Positions 48,019 to 58,433 of a DNA stretch of 64,000 bases are shown here, piece by piece; position 1 is the stretch's first letter, and each line of letters begins with the position of its first letter. The notes under the pieces were generated by a model. That model worked only from the letters and a program-made list of their open reading frames with translations, was not told the origin of the DNA and did no database searches. A program made the translations under genes and the position numbers. Source of the stretch: a virus; the IMG/VR virus record IMGVR_UViG_3300042319_001830, positions 1-64,000 of that record; one strand, given 5' to 3'.

Positions 48019-48779
48019 ACGTAAAGATGTTTTGTTTGATCCCAAATGTTTAACATTAATGAACTTCTTTCTTCTATAGAACAACCTGTGAAATGCCAGA
48101 TATAAGAGTATTTTATGAAAAAAGGCGTTTCGTCTTCTTTCAATTGCCAGTTATGTTGTAACCAGTCGTTTTTAATTAACCGCATTGTATTGAATCTAAA
48201 ATCAAGGTATTTTTTATTAATATTTTCTTTTTTAAGATATAAATTTAATATCGTTTGTTCTTTTCCTGTGTGTGGAACGTTCCAATTATCAAATGTAGAT
48301 TTATTTCTCGTATAAAAATCTTTGAGTTTATTGAAAAATTCTTTATGTGATTTATTGAAGAATAAAACGCCGCCGTTGATATATTCTGATAATTTAATTT
48401 CCACATCTTTTAACTCGGAAAAACTAGATTTGAATGCTCTTAGACTATTATCTATCCAGAATAAATTTTCATTTTCTAATACTCCACAAAATTCATCTTC
48501 ATACAAATCGAAGAAATTTGGTGCATTCCAATGTACCAATGTATCAAAATCTACCAATGCTATTTTTTCATATTTGTCACCTATAAAGTCAAAAACGAAC
48601 TCTTTGTGCCATACGCAGAATTTTACATCTGGTAATTTTTTATCTATGACAATAAAATCAATATTGTTTTTTTTGCAATAAGCTTGCCAGCACTGTTTTG
48701 ATACATTGAAATATTTCTGATGATCAAACTTAGACCCTTCATCTTGAATTGCTACCATTACTATACAATTTTTATTCAT
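48015..48779 (-). CDS. Glycosyltransferase (GT8-like), paralog of the adjacent gene
   Basis: VDFDTLV, YINGGV, EQTILN, WHFTG. Confidence 0.82.
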   Translation of the reverse strand: MNKNCIVMVAIQDEGSKFDHQKYFNVSKQCWQAYCKKNNIDFIVIDKKLPDVKFCVWHKEFVFDFIGDKYEKIALVDFDTLVHWNAPNFFDLYEDEFCGVLENENLFWIDNSLRAFKSSFSELKDVEIKLSEYINGGVLFFNKSHKEFFNKLKDFYTRNKSTFDNWNVPHTGKEQTILNLYLKKENINKKYLDFRFNTMRLIKNDWLQHNWQLKEDETPFFIKYSYIWHFTGCSIEERSSLMLNIWDQTKHLYV

Positions 48780-49575
48780 TCAATTTCAACATTTTTTCGT
48801 TGCTTGTAATTGCTGCTTTTAGCACAGACAAATCCATACCAACTTTATCGCCTAATTTTACAAGAGCTTTAGTATCTTTTGGAAAACATTTTCCGCCAAA
48901 TCCACGTTCACCTGTGAACACAGCTGTATGAGATTTTGTTGTGCGGGGATCCAATAACCACATATCTCTAACTTCGTAATAATTTGTACCTAGTTTTTCA
49001 CATAAATCGTACATTTCATTACAAAAAGCAACTTTCAAAGCTAAATGAGTATTTACCATATACTTTGTTAATTCTGCGTTTATTGGATCGGTAACTCTAT
49101 AGGTTTTGCTTGGACCAGTAATCGGTGTATAAATTTCAATGATTTTATAACAAAGCTCTTTTTTACCACCAAAAATAAAGAACGGTGTTTGTTTAACATC
49201 ATTCGTGAAAGATTCAGGAGTCCAGTGTTTGGATTCACCGGCAAATTCAGGACTAAACACAATATTCTTTTTAAATTTCTCAATCAATCTATCAGTGGTA
49301 CCAACCTCAACTGTTGATTTTAAAAGAATCAGAGGAGTTTGAATCCAGCTTATACTTTCTTCAACAATTGTTGTATTACAACTACCGTCTTCATTTTCTG
49401 GCGTAGGAACGCAAACTACTGCTAAATCACACTTATTGATGTCCTCTTTAGTGTTTGATGAATCATATGCCGGATCATATATAAAAACCTCGTAGTGATT
49501 CTTAAAAAAATTGTAGAATGCTTTACCTACATATCCATTACCAACAATTCCTATCTTAGTTTTTAATTTGCTCAT
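48772..49575 (-). CDS. UDP-glucose/GDP-mannose dehydrogenase family protein (short form)
   Basis: GNGYVG, CVPTP, KSTV, SPEF, catalytic GFGGKCFPKD; lacks the usual C-terminal domain. Confidence 0.87.
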   Translation of the reverse strand: MSKLKTKIGIVGNGYVGKAFYNFFKNHYEVFIYDPAYDSSNTKEDINKCDLAVVCVPTPENEDGSCNTTIVEESISWIQTPLILLKSTVEVGTTDRLIEKFKKNIVFSPEFAGESKHWTPESFTNDVKQTPFFIFGGKKELCYKIIEIYTPITGPSKTYRVTDPINAELTKYMVNTHLALKVAFCNEMYDLCEKLGTNYYEVRDMWLLDPRTTKSHTAVFTGERGFGGKCFPKDTKALVKLGDKVGMDLSVLKAAITSNEKMLKLNE

Positions 49576-50509
49576 AAATTCTATTCCAATCACTCAACCA
49601 TTTTTCTTCTGTATAATATATTTGATATAAATCCTTAGATGATGTTGAACAGTGATTATAAAAAGATTTATCGTCTCTCAATTTAATTGCCAATTCGTTT
49701 GCTTTTTCAATGTCACCTATATTAACACTCAAGTCAGGATGTAAAGTTTCTTGTGTATCTAATCCTTTATATCCGATACAAGGTATACCCAGATAAGCAC
49801 AATTAAGAGCGAATGTACCCGCCGCATGCGTACGCATTAAGTGTACGCCCACATTAAAATTGGCAAGTGTTTTAATCCACTCATTCCACATCATATATGG
49901 TAGATGATGTAAGCTAGGAAATTGTTCTTCATTTTCTATTTTACGACCCATACTGGGAATGAAAGTTGGTTTATTGAAGTTTTGTGACACAAAGTAACTG
50001 TCTACGCCACCATACCAACTACAAAAATTACCGCCTATAATAGGCATACCATTATTTTCACGGGGTACATTTTTAACTGTATCTTCTATCATTAACGATT
50101 GAAGATTGAACGTTGGCATTTTAAATATACCCTTGAAGTAGGAAATATCACTCTTATTATGAGTTAACAGAAAGTCCATCGAACTTAGGAAATTAATATA
50201 ATTAACTTGGTTTGTATAATTATAGTCTTGATAATACCAAGCTGGACCTTCTTGCATCACTGTTACTTTTTTACCAATAGCTTTCACCACACCCAATAAT
50301 CTTACTGTATCTATAGTTTCCAATTTTTTTGGTAGTATTACAATAACGACATCATACCCAGAAACGTTATCTTTATTATCAAGAAGAGATTGAATAGGAA
50401 AATGATCCGCATTAAGTGCAAGTTGCCAAGCAAATTCTGTACGACAATTAGGAAAATCTCTGGACAATTTACCAGAGTGGCCATTTTGACTAACAAAACA
50501 AATTTTCAT
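49556..50509 (-). CDS. Putative GT-B glycosyltransferase
   Basis: AAGTFALNCAYLGIPCIG resembles the GT4 C-terminal motif. Confidence 0.6.
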   Translation of the reverse strand: MKICFVSQNGHSGKLSRDFPNCRTEFAWQLALNADHFPIQSLLDNKDNVSGYDVVIVILPKKLETIDTVRLLGVVKAIGKKVTVMQEGPAWYYQDYNYTNQVNYINFLSSMDFLLTHNKSDISYFKGIFKMPTFNLQSLMIEDTVKNVPRENNGMPIIGGNFCSWYGGVDSYFVSQNFNKPTFIPSMGRKIENEEQFPSLHHLPYMMWNEWIKTLANFNVGVHLMRTHAAGTFALNCAYLGIPCIGYKGLDTQETLHPDLSVNIGDIEKANELAIKLRDDKSFYNHCSTSSKDLYQIYYTEEKWLSDWNRIYEQIKN

Positions 50510-51492
50510 ATATTCTTTTTAAAATCTTCGTAAGTATAAAATTTGCCGGTATTATTAAAAAGTGTATTTAGATTGTGTTGTGACATTTGTTTGAAAACTT
50601 GCCACCAATCTCCTTTTTCGTTTCCACAAAATCCTCTGGGATTATTTTCATTTGCAATATACATACGTTTATGCGGATGTCTACGAGCGTGTACTTTCAA
50701 TACATTTTTAAATACTATTTGTAAATACTTATCTCCTAGTATTTTTTGTGCCGTCATTGACAAACTTTCGTCGTCATTATGAATAAAACAAGGGGGTATA
50801 TTAACTCCACTTTTAATTAAATCCGAGGTCAATACCAAACAAGAACCATCGATCTTTGGATAATTGATCGTCTGTACATCAATTTCTTTTATTTCTGAAT
50901 TAATCAGATTCATTTGTTCGATTGACATACAAGATTTGGCCTGATTGATGTTATCAACATCCTTATCATCGTATCTATGATTTATAAACTTAGGATGTAC
51001 AGTAACGTCCCAACTATTATCCCATAGTTTTCTATCAGCGAAACAAGCTATGAACCTATATAGTCCTTGTTTTCTAACTACAGGCGTTAATTGTTCTAAT
51101 GATATAATAGCTTCCTTTGGAAATAAACTATCAGTTTCTCCCCAGATTAAATAATTAACTTTTTCGCAATATTTAGTATTAAATTCTCTACGGTAATTTG
51201 TTTGGGTATAAAATTCATTATCATTATCTATGATTTTATAATGTAAATTAGGCAGTTGTTTTAATTTAGACAGTTCAATCTCAAATCTATCTGTAAGATC
51301 GTCTTTGGATGTTTTCGAAGTATCTATTTTTTCAAAAAACTGTGATGTATTAAAAGAAAAATCTAAATAAACATTTTCTTTGTTATCTACTGTTGATAAA
51401 AGATTCAACAAACCATCGACGTATGTTGATAACATCTCTATTTCATAGAACATTACGTGTACACCAATTGCATATTTATTCTGAATGATCAT
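50506..51492 (-). CDS. Putative GT-A glycosyltransferase-like protein
   Basis: LIWGETDS, DGSCLV, HNDDES; operon context. Confidence 0.45.
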   Translation of the reverse strand: MIIQNKYAIGVHVMFYEIEMLSTYVDGLLNLLSTVDNKENVYLDFSFNTSQFFEKIDTSKTSKDDLTDRFEIELSKLKQLPNLHYKIIDNDNEFYTQTNYRREFNTKYCEKVNYLIWGETDSLFPKEAIISLEQLTPVVRKQGLYRFIACFADRKLWDNSWDVTVHPKFINHRYDDKDVDNINQAKSCMSIEQMNLINSEIKEIDVQTINYPKIDGSCLVLTSDLIKSGVNIPPCFIHNDDESLSMTAQKILGDKYLQIVFKNVLKVHARRHPHKRMYIANENNPRGFCGNEKGDWWQVFKQMSQHNLNTLFNNTGKFYTYEDFKKNI

Positions 51493-52211
51493 ATTAATTT
51501 ATGTTCAGTAAATATACTCTGCAATTCAGTATCAATCAAGTTATTATTTAACATCAGATTATATCCAACAGCATCATCTGGTTTAAATGCCAATATACAC
51601 ACTGGTTTTTCAGCCATATCATATCTATATTTAAATCCAGTTACACCAACATTGTATTTGGTATTTAGATGTGAAAAGAATGGGTGAAGTTCGCTTAAAT
51701 ATTGTTGATAAACATAGTTAACTATATTTTCATCACCTTGATTTTTAAGATGTTCTTTATTTGCATCCATAAAATCTACGATCAGTCTCCAAATATTAAC
51801 ACTTGATTTTTTAATAAAAATTGATCCTGTGTTCCACTGTGTATCATTGATATACTTTGCCATACCAATTACACCGTCGAATTCGGGAAATTCAAATTTA
51901 TTAATTTGCCAATCATCGAAATCGTGAAACCAAAAATCATCGTCTATTAAATTTTCTTCTAATAACTCACAGATTCCGTATTGTTTATTGAAATATCTGT
52001 TGTATCTACACAGTCTATTTGTTTTTACAATAGTAACATCTTTATAAGAAAAATCCAAATTGGTTACAACTACGATATCACTGGGATTCCAACCAAATCT
52101 TAAACTATTATCAATTTGTGCACGGAAATATTTATACAACTCTTCGATTTTATAATTACGACCGTATGTGATAGTGTCAACGAAATCTTGAAATATTATT
52201 ACGTTTTTCAT
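51489..52211 (-). CDS. Putative GT-A glycosyltransferase
   Basis: WFHDFDDW, WNTGSIF, DENIVN, LNTKYN. Confidence 0.55.
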   Translation of the reverse strand: MKNVIIFQDFVDTITYGRNYKIEELYKYFRAQIDNSLRFGWNPSDIVVVTNLDFSYKDVTIVKTNRLCRYNRYFNKQYGICELLEENLIDDDFWFHDFDDWQINKFEFPEFDGVIGMAKYINDTQWNTGSIFIKKSSVNIWRLIVDFMDANKEHLKNQGDENIVNYVYQQYLSELHPFFSHLNTKYNVGVTGFKYRYDMAEKPVCILAFKPDDAVGYNLMLNNNLIDTELQSIFTEHKLI

Positions 52212-52217
52212 ATATTT

Positions 52218-52775
52218 TTAATTTCTTGTTACCCAAAAGTTTTCGTCGATATATGTGTTTTTATGTTTGTAATTTTTACGATTCAAGATGTTTTCTTTTA
52301 GGAGTATATCTTTGTGTCCAAATATGCCTGTTATATAAGGTTCACATCCTGTATATAACATTAAATTATAGTCACTTGGAACATTAACTGATTGCCATTT
52401 AAACTCGTTAGTATGCATATCGTGGCAAACAATTAACGGACTTCTATAAAATGCGGCTTGTAAACATTCTTTTCGGTCATTTCCATCTATGAAAATTAGA
52501 TCATAACTTTCTTTATTTTCTGTGAAGTATTCATTCATTGGTTTTGTATAATGAACAACATCCAAATTATTTTTGTGACTGTATTCTTGTTTTACAAATT
52601 TTACCCATTCTTCTACATTTTCGATAGATGTAGTCTGTTTGCTATTTCTAACAAAACAACCAGTGCTCCATATACCACATCCAAATTCCAATACCGAATT
52701 TATTTGGTATACTGCAAATGCAACTTCTAATACTGGTATGCACGTTCCTGGGTCTAATAATCCATATTTACTCAT
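52218..52775 (-). CDS. SAM-dependent methyltransferase-like protein
   Basis: VLEFGCGIWST, YDLIFIDG, VCHD. Confidence 0.72.
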   Translation of the reverse strand: MSKYGLLDPGTCIPVLEVAFAVYQINSVLEFGCGIWSTGCFVRNSKQTTSIENVEEWVKFVKQEYSHKNNLDVVHYTKPMNEYFTENKESYDLIFIDGNDRKECLQAAFYRSPLIVCHDMHTNEFKWQSVNVPSDYNLMLYTGCEPYITGIFGHKDILLKENILNRKNYKHKNTYIDENFWVTRN

Positions 52776-52779
52776 AATA

Positions 52780-53427
52780 TTATAATTTCTCCACTAGTAC
52801 TTGCCAGTCTTTATATAATACTTTTATTTTGCTTTGATAACATAATAAGAAAGATTCTATTCCATATCTACAATTTCCCCAACCATAATCATCGAACAAA
52901 AGATATCCGCCAGGCTTTAACATTTCAAAACATAAACAAGATTCATAGATTATATGATCCGGTTCGTGACATCCGTCTATATAAACAAAATCTAGAATTT
53001 TTTCCATATTTGGATTGAATTTTTTCAAAAATAACTTTGAATCTTCCAAAACATATTCACATTTATTTTGATCTATATAAGGCTGTAAGTTTTGTCTGAC
53101 TGATACTAGTATATCTTCCTCCAACTCCATCCCTTTAAATTTAGCGCCTTTTTTGTAATGTAGATTTTCTGTTATATCAACAGTTATTAACTTGGAACTC
53201 GGATGTGTTAAAATATTTTCAAATGTCCATACAGACGATCTACCATTTCCTGTGCCTATTTCCAAAAATTGAAGATTGGGAACATTTTCAAATTTTGATA
53301 AAAATGTCAACCAGTTTGTGATGTGCATAGTGAATCCATCTTTATTAGCAAAATAATGATCTGGATATGCATATATCGGATTCTCAGGATGATCGCCGTA
53401 TTTTTTTCTTAGTTCAATGTTATTCAT
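52780..53427 (-). CDS. Methyltransferase (Methyltransf_24-like)
   Basis: LEIGTGNGRS, DFVYIDGCH, LKPGGYLLFDDY. Confidence 0.85.
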   Translation of the reverse strand: MNNIELRKKYGDHPENPIYAYPDHYFANKDGFTMHITNWLTFLSKFENVPNLQFLEIGTGNGRSSVWTFENILTHPSSKLITVDITENLHYKKGAKFKGMELEEDILVSVRQNLQPYIDQNKCEYVLEDSKLFLKKFNPNMEKILDFVYIDGCHEPDHIIYESCLCFEMLKPGGYLLFDDYGWGNCRYGIESFLLCYQSKIKVLYKDWQVLVEKL

Positions 53428-53430
53428 AAA

Positions 53431-54006
53431 TTATACCTCAACGCAAATATATCCCTCGTAAGCACTTAATTTTGGGTGTTTACTAATAAAAGTTTCATCT
53501 GGACTATAACCAATTGGTTTTACTATTTTAATGTATTCATTTTTTATTAAATCGTCCATAGCCTGTTTTAATTCTGGAAATGCTCCAATATCGTCATAAA
53601 TGAAATACTTCTTTAATCCGTTTGTAGATTTAAACTTGAGAGATCTAATGGTATCATCAATAACGGCGAAATAAGTATGTTGCGCATCTATAAAAAATAC
53701 ATCTCCATAGTCCAATGGTAACTGAGTATTATATACGTCTTGTGTATAATATCTTACATTTGTACGATGTTTATTAAACACAATAGCTTCTTTTGCACTT
53801 TCCAAATTGAAACCTACCACTTCTTTAAACAAATAACTTAAAATTCTAGTAGAGTATCCTAAATTAGATCCTATTTCTAAACAAACACTTTGTTTAAATT
53901 CAGGCTTGTCAAAAAACTCAAATACATCACGTTTAAATTTATGACTTGTAGTGGTGCTATGTTCAAATTTATCCGGTATATCTTTTAAAAGTTCGTCGAT
54001 AGTCAT
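53431..54006 (-). CDS. Methyltransferase (Methyltransf_24-like)
   Basis: LEIGSNLGYST, FFIDAQHTY, FIYDD. Confidence 0.75.
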   Translation of the reverse strand: MTIDELLKDIPDKFEHSTTTSHKFKRDVFEFFDKPEFKQSVCLEIGSNLGYSTRILSYLFKEVVGFNLESAKEAIVFNKHRTNVRYYTQDVYNTQLPLDYGDVFFIDAQHTYFAVIDDTIRSLKFKSTNGLKKYFIYDDIGAFPELKQAMDDLIKNEYIKIVKPIGYSPDETFISKHPKLSAYEGYICVEV

Positions 54007-54007
54007 A

Positions 54008-54655
54008 TTATTTTACAGCGTAACCCTTGTTTTCATCAAGGCTGAAGTTTTTGTTGTATTTCATATTTGTTTCTCTTTGTTTTTCCATTGTTTTGTTATG
54101 AATCAAAGCAACATCTTTCTGAGCAGGTATAAAAGCATAAGACGTATAACCCTCAACCTTTTCGTGTAATCTTCGTTCGTATCTAATATGAGGAAGATTT
54201 TTAAAAAGACGAGATTGATAATCAGGAAAGTTAATCATTCCATCGTGATAATTCCAACCCCACATTTGAATGTCTGTTTGTGTTACCCCAACAAAATAGT
54301 TTAGTCGGGGTAACCACAATGCTTCATTGCCTGCATTAGATTGTAACAATATATCTATATTTTCAAGAAGAACATCGGTTGGTAATTCATCCGCATCGAT
54401 TTGAAATATCCATTCACCTTTACACAAACTAATACCATAATTTTTATGAGCGCCATAATCATTCTGTAATTTCTTTTGTTGAAAATTAACAGAGGATTTA
54501 TACTTCTCAATTATAGAAATTGTAGTTGGATTATCCGAATAATCATCCAATAAAACAACTTCGTGGTTATCTTTTTTAAAACTCATTAATTTAGACAACA
54601 ATGAGTCCAAACAATCAGTTTCATTATGTGTTGTGACTAGATATGATACAAACAT
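54008..54655 (-). CDS. Glycosyltransferase family 2
   Basis: TTHNE, LDDYS, WIFQIDADE, PDYQSR, HEKV. Confidence 0.87.
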   Translation of the reverse strand: MFVSYLVTTHNETDCLDSLLSKLMSFKKDNHEVVLLDDYSDNPTTISIIEKYKSSVNFQQKKLQNDYGAHKNYGISLCKGEWIFQIDADELPTDVLLENIDILLQSNAGNEALWLPRLNYFVGVTQTDIQMWGWNYHDGMINFPDYQSRLFKNLPHIRYERRLHEKVEGYTSYAFIPAQKDVALIHNKTMEKQRETNMKYNKNFSLDENKGYAVK

Positions 54656-54656
54656 A

Positions 54657-56000
54657 TTATAACATCGTTAGTTTTGGCAGAACAATCTTTTGTTCTTCTT
54701 TAGTTTCTGTTGTATTAAGTGCTTTTAATTTGGGTAAAACAAATGAATTTTCTATAGCAAATTTTGGTACATACTTATCAAGTATACCCCACAACTTTTG
54801 ATCCATTGCTTGTAGACTGAATTTCTCTTCATTTTCTTTACGAAGCGATTCAGCTGGTTTAGTAAACCTATCACTCTTACGAGCAAAATACAATTGTTTA
54901 AATTTATCTTCCGCTAAAGAATAAGAAATTTTAAACCACTTACTTTCTTTTAAAATCCACTGATTAACAGAGCTAGGATCTACATCCACCAGTGTACCTG
55001 GCAATAAATTAGCATATTTTTCATTTAGATAATCCAATTGACCGCTCCAATTTGGTGCTAGTAGAGGTTTTCCACTTAAAGTAGATAGTAACATTGGATG
55101 ACCAAATCCCTCACCGTGAGTAAATGATACGTGCGATAAAATCTTTTCGTGATTTAATAATGCGTTCATTTCCACTTCACTTAGTTCGCCGTGAAGTAGA
55201 TAGACATTTGGACAACCGTCTCCAAATTTACTTCTAATCTTTTTGATCTTATCCAACATATCAAAACGATCAACTGTGCTATATCCACTGCCACTTGTTT
55301 TTACAATTAAACAAGGTTTATCATTTATATTATTATTCTTGAATGCTGTACAAAACGTTTTAATTAGATTTCCAATGTCTTTACGGTCATTGTATAATCC
55401 ACCGTGAGTCCACTGGCCAACGAATAAAAATGCATTCTTTTCCGGAATCTTATTAAGAGATTCATCAACTGTTTCCACAGCTTGATCTGTTTTTTTATAA
55501 ACATTAGTGTCTACGCCCCAGAAACAAACTTCAATTGGTTTATTTACTTGAATTGGTTCTTTTTGGCCATTTTCAAGTTGTTTAACCATCTTAGTGTCTA
55601 CGAATACTTTCTTGACGTGTTCGGATAGACCGATTGTAAGATCCATTCTATTGACACCTTCGATCCAACTTCCAGGTGAAACTGTTGTTTCGATACCAGC
55701 TGTCATACCAATATTATACTTTCCTACTTGATGAAATTCTTCTGGGATGGTTAATTGAATAAATAGTTCTGGTTGTTTATTTAAATTTCCTTGAAGGACA
55801 CAATTAGCTACCAACCTATCTTCTGGATCTGTTAGATCTTCCAAGAATCGTTTACTTGGACACGCTCCCCATTTAGTGGGTGCGATTTTAATGTCGTATT
55901 TGTTCTGACGAATTAAGCTCTTGGCTACTGTTGTAGCCCAATCGCCATATCCACTTCGATTAAATACCGGACCTGAAATTAAACATAATGGTTTGCTCAT
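54657..56000 (-). CDS. Glycosyltransferase family 4 (GT-B)
   Basis: SGYG, FLFVGQW, RKDIG, HGEGFGHPML. Confidence 0.85.
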   Translation of the reverse strand: MSKPLCLISGPVFNRSGYGDWATTVAKSLIRQNKYDIKIAPTKWGACPSKRFLEDLTDPEDRLVANCVLQGNLNKQPELFIQLTIPEEFHQVGKYNIGMTAGIETTVSPGSWIEGVNRMDLTIGLSEHVKKVFVDTKMVKQLENGQKEPIQVNKPIEVCFWGVDTNVYKKTDQAVETVDESLNKIPEKNAFLFVGQWTHGGLYNDRKDIGNLIKTFCTAFKNNNINDKPCLIVKTSGSGYSTVDRFDMLDKIKKIRSKFGDGCPNVYLLHGELSEVEMNALLNHEKILSHVSFTHGEGFGHPMLLSTLSGKPLLAPNWSGQLDYLNEKYANLLPGTLVDVDPSSVNQWILKESKWFKISYSLAEDKFKQLYFARKSDRFTKPAESLRKENEEKFSLQAMDQKLWGILDKYVPKFAIENSFVLPKLKALNTTETKEEQKIVLPKLTML

Positions 56001-56001
56001 A

Positions 56002-56694
56002 TTATTTTTGATTAAATTGATTGTTATCTCTTTCTGCGATTAATTGACTATATTTTTTTGGTGTTTCCAATTTATTTAAATTTGCATATAATGTTTCAAT
56101 TATATTGGTTCGACTTGATTCGGATGTTACATTATCTTTTTTTTTAACATCTGTACTACCAAATCCACCTTCACCTCTGTTTGTAGAATCTAGTTCATCT
56201 ACCAAAACAAATTCTACATTTTCCACTTTGGTTATTTTGAGTTGACATACTTTATCGCCCTTATTATAGAGCTTATCAAAGTTAATATGTCCTTCCAATA
56301 GATTATCGGTTCTAATCTTATAATCTTCTGGTTGCCAGATATATTTGAAACGAATCAATACTTCGCCACGATAATCAGCGTCAATCAATCCAATACAATT
56401 AGCTAATACTAAATTATATTTACTAACGCTACTACGAGGAAATGCTAGAATGTCGAAGTCAAAATCGGTATGACCAAAATTACTAAAGACTTTTTCTTTC
56501 TGCACAGCTAGTTTAAGATTAGTCTTATACTGAATATAATCTACTCGTTTGTATGTACCGTTATCATACTGTTCTCCAACGATTTCGGGATCACTTGTAA
56601 CAACTACATCAAAACCAGTAGCTCTATCAGTAGCTTTCTTTGGCAGATCACCCACTTCTTTATAATCATCGTTCTTTAATACTTGAATTTTCAT
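56002..56694 (-). CDS. dut: dUTPase (trimeric type)
   Basis: ATGFDV, PRSS, GLIDADYRGE, RGEGGFGST. Confidence 0.92.
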   Translation of the reverse strand: MKIQVLKNDDYKEVGDLPKKATDRATGFDVVVTSDPEIVGEQYDNGTYKRVDYIQYKTNLKLAVQKEKVFSNFGHTDFDFDILAFPRSSVSKYNLVLANCIGLIDADYRGEVLIRFKYIWQPEDYKIRTDNLLEGHINFDKLYNKGDKVCQLKITKVENVEFVLVDELDSTNRGEGGFGSTDVKKKDNVTSESSRTNIIETLYANLNKLETPKKYSQLIAERDNNQFNQK

Positions 56695-57662
56695 AACACG
56701 GATACTTCTTGTTTAATTTTATCAATATTAATTTTGTGCAAATCTATACCCATCTCACCGTTGGGTTGACTTTTAATATCATAACCATGTTCTGTAAAAA
56801 TATCAAACGTTTTGATTGGTTTAAAATTTTCAATTGTAAAATCCATAGCTTTAATAAATTGTTCACACATATTTTTACTATTGATCCCACCCTCATTCAT
56901 TGCCCATAATCTACCTTCCAGACCACATTGTTCACGTTTTTCTGGACCGGCTAGATACCAATACATAATTGCATCTGCAATATCTGAATAATTTGTTAGA
57001 TCGTCAATAATATATGGTGTAGGTGGGCTACCTTGCATATTTTGCACTTTAGGCCAGATTGGCTTAGCCCATTTACCGTGTTTAGTATACTTTCCTGTAG
57101 AATTGGTGCCAAACTCCAAATTAAATTCAATTGGATTATTATTGTCATCTACGATACCTAGTTGATCTTGTAGACCACCTGTTACAGTAGCTATAATAGG
57201 TGTGCCACACATAATCGCTTCAGCCACACTCAATCCAAACCCTTCATTGGAACTTACATTTGCTAATACATCTGATAAGTTATAAAATGCACACATTTCG
57301 TCTGGCGACCATCGAGCCTCACTTAGTACCACCTTATAGTCTGGACAAATTGCATCGATTGTCGCAATTAAATCTGTACCAGCTTCACACACTTTATCAG
57401 TATGCATTATCAATGCACATTTACTAGATTCTTCTTTTGTTAACGAATCGCAAAATGTTCTAAATGCTAGAATAAGATTGGCTGGATGTTTACGATGTGC
57501 ATTTCGACTGTTAAACGATACAATGAAATTATAATCGCCATCTCCCAACAATTCTTTTTTGATTTTTTGAATCACTGAATTATTTGATTCCAATACTCTA
57601 AATTCATTGCTGTTAATACCATGTGGTACTAAATGTAATAGATGTTTTCCGTTTACTGGCAT
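56691..57662 (-). CDS. GT4 glycosyltransferase, C-terminal part of a split gene
   Basis: Begins at VPHGIN; RNAHRK, NEGFGLSVAEA, TGGLQDQ. Confidence 0.85.
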   Translation of the reverse strand: MPVNGKHLLHLVPHGINSNEFRVLESNNSVIQKIKKELLGDGDYNFIVSFNSRNAHRKHPANLILAFRTFCDSLTKEESSKCALIMHTDKVCEAGTDLIATIDAICPDYKVVLSEARWSPDEMCAFYNLSDVLANVSSNEGFGLSVAEAIMCGTPIIATVTGGLQDQLGIVDDNNNPIEFNLEFGTNSTGKYTKHGKWAKPIWPKVQNMQGSPPTPYIIDDLTNYSDIADAIMYWYLAGPEKREQCGLEGRLWAMNEGGINSKNMCEQFIKAMDFTIENFKPIKTFDIFTEHGYDIKSQPNGEMGIDLHKINIDKIKQEVSVL

Positions 57663-57663
57663 A

Positions 57664-58218
57664 TTATAGGTTCTCCTTCTTTATAATGTTTCCGTTGTTG
57701 TCAAAATCTCCATAGATACTGGTACAGTTTTCTGGTCCTAGTACCCATTTATTAATGTTATCTGTTTGTTTACTAATAGCGAACAATGCATCACAACACT
57801 TATAGTATGGCTTGTTCCACATAGGATATGGCAGATCATCCCAAATGTCCAAGTAAGTTAAAGGAATTTTAGAACGAATCTGATTTTCGATGTTATATAA
57901 CCATCCCCAGAAACGAGGATCTGTGAAATGCATAATCGCATCTGGTTTTTCCATAGCCATAATCTGAAATAGAAGTTCTTCATCGCCATAACCATCTACA
58001 GGATATAATCTGAGATAGTTATCATTTCGACCATTGAGTTTATCAACAGCTTCTTTCATATCAACAATTTTACCTTGTTCAGGATGTTTAATAGCGCCTG
58101 CTATTTGTACCCAATCATAATGATGGACACTGCCTAAAACAAGTTCTCTTGACATTGTTGCGATGCCACTGTGCATTCTTAGATCGTCACTCAATAATAA
58201 TATTTTTTTCTTCTTCAT
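57664..58218 (-). CDS. GT4 glycosyltransferase, N-terminal part of a split gene
   Basis: ILLLSDDLRMHSGIA, KPDAIMHFTDPR, IWDDLPYP, ISKQT. Confidence 0.82.
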   Translation of the reverse strand: MKKKKILLLSDDLRMHSGIATMSRELVLGSVHHYDWVQIAGAIKHPEQGKIVDMKEAVDKLNGRNDNYLRLYPVDGYGDEELLFQIMAMEKPDAIMHFTDPRFWGWLYNIENQIRSKIPLTYLDIWDDLPYPMWNKPYYKCCDALFAISKQTDNINKWVLGPENCTSIYGDFDNNGNIIKKENL

Positions 58219-58433
58219 TTAGATTCCTTTGTAGATAGTTGAAATGGTTGATTATAACTTAATTTTTGACAAACGCTTTCACTTATTTCTGTTTGAAAAT
58301 CCATATCGGTTAAATATCTCTCCAAACACTTATTTACAAAGTCTTGAAATGATATTCTCCCACGAATATTAAGTTCTTTAAATTGGTTATATAACTCTTG
58401 ATTGAGTTTTACTGTAGTAATAACTTGTTGCAT
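58215..58433 (-). CDS. Ribbon-helix-helix DNA-binding protein
   Basis: N-terminal strand ITTVKL, helix QELYNQFKEL, helix SFQDFVNKCLERY: an Arc/CopG/MetJ-like pattern. Confidence 0.7.
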   Translation of the reverse strand: MQQVITTVKLNQELYNQFKELNIRGRISFQDFVNKCLERYLTDMDFQTEISESVCQKLSYNQPFQLSTKESK

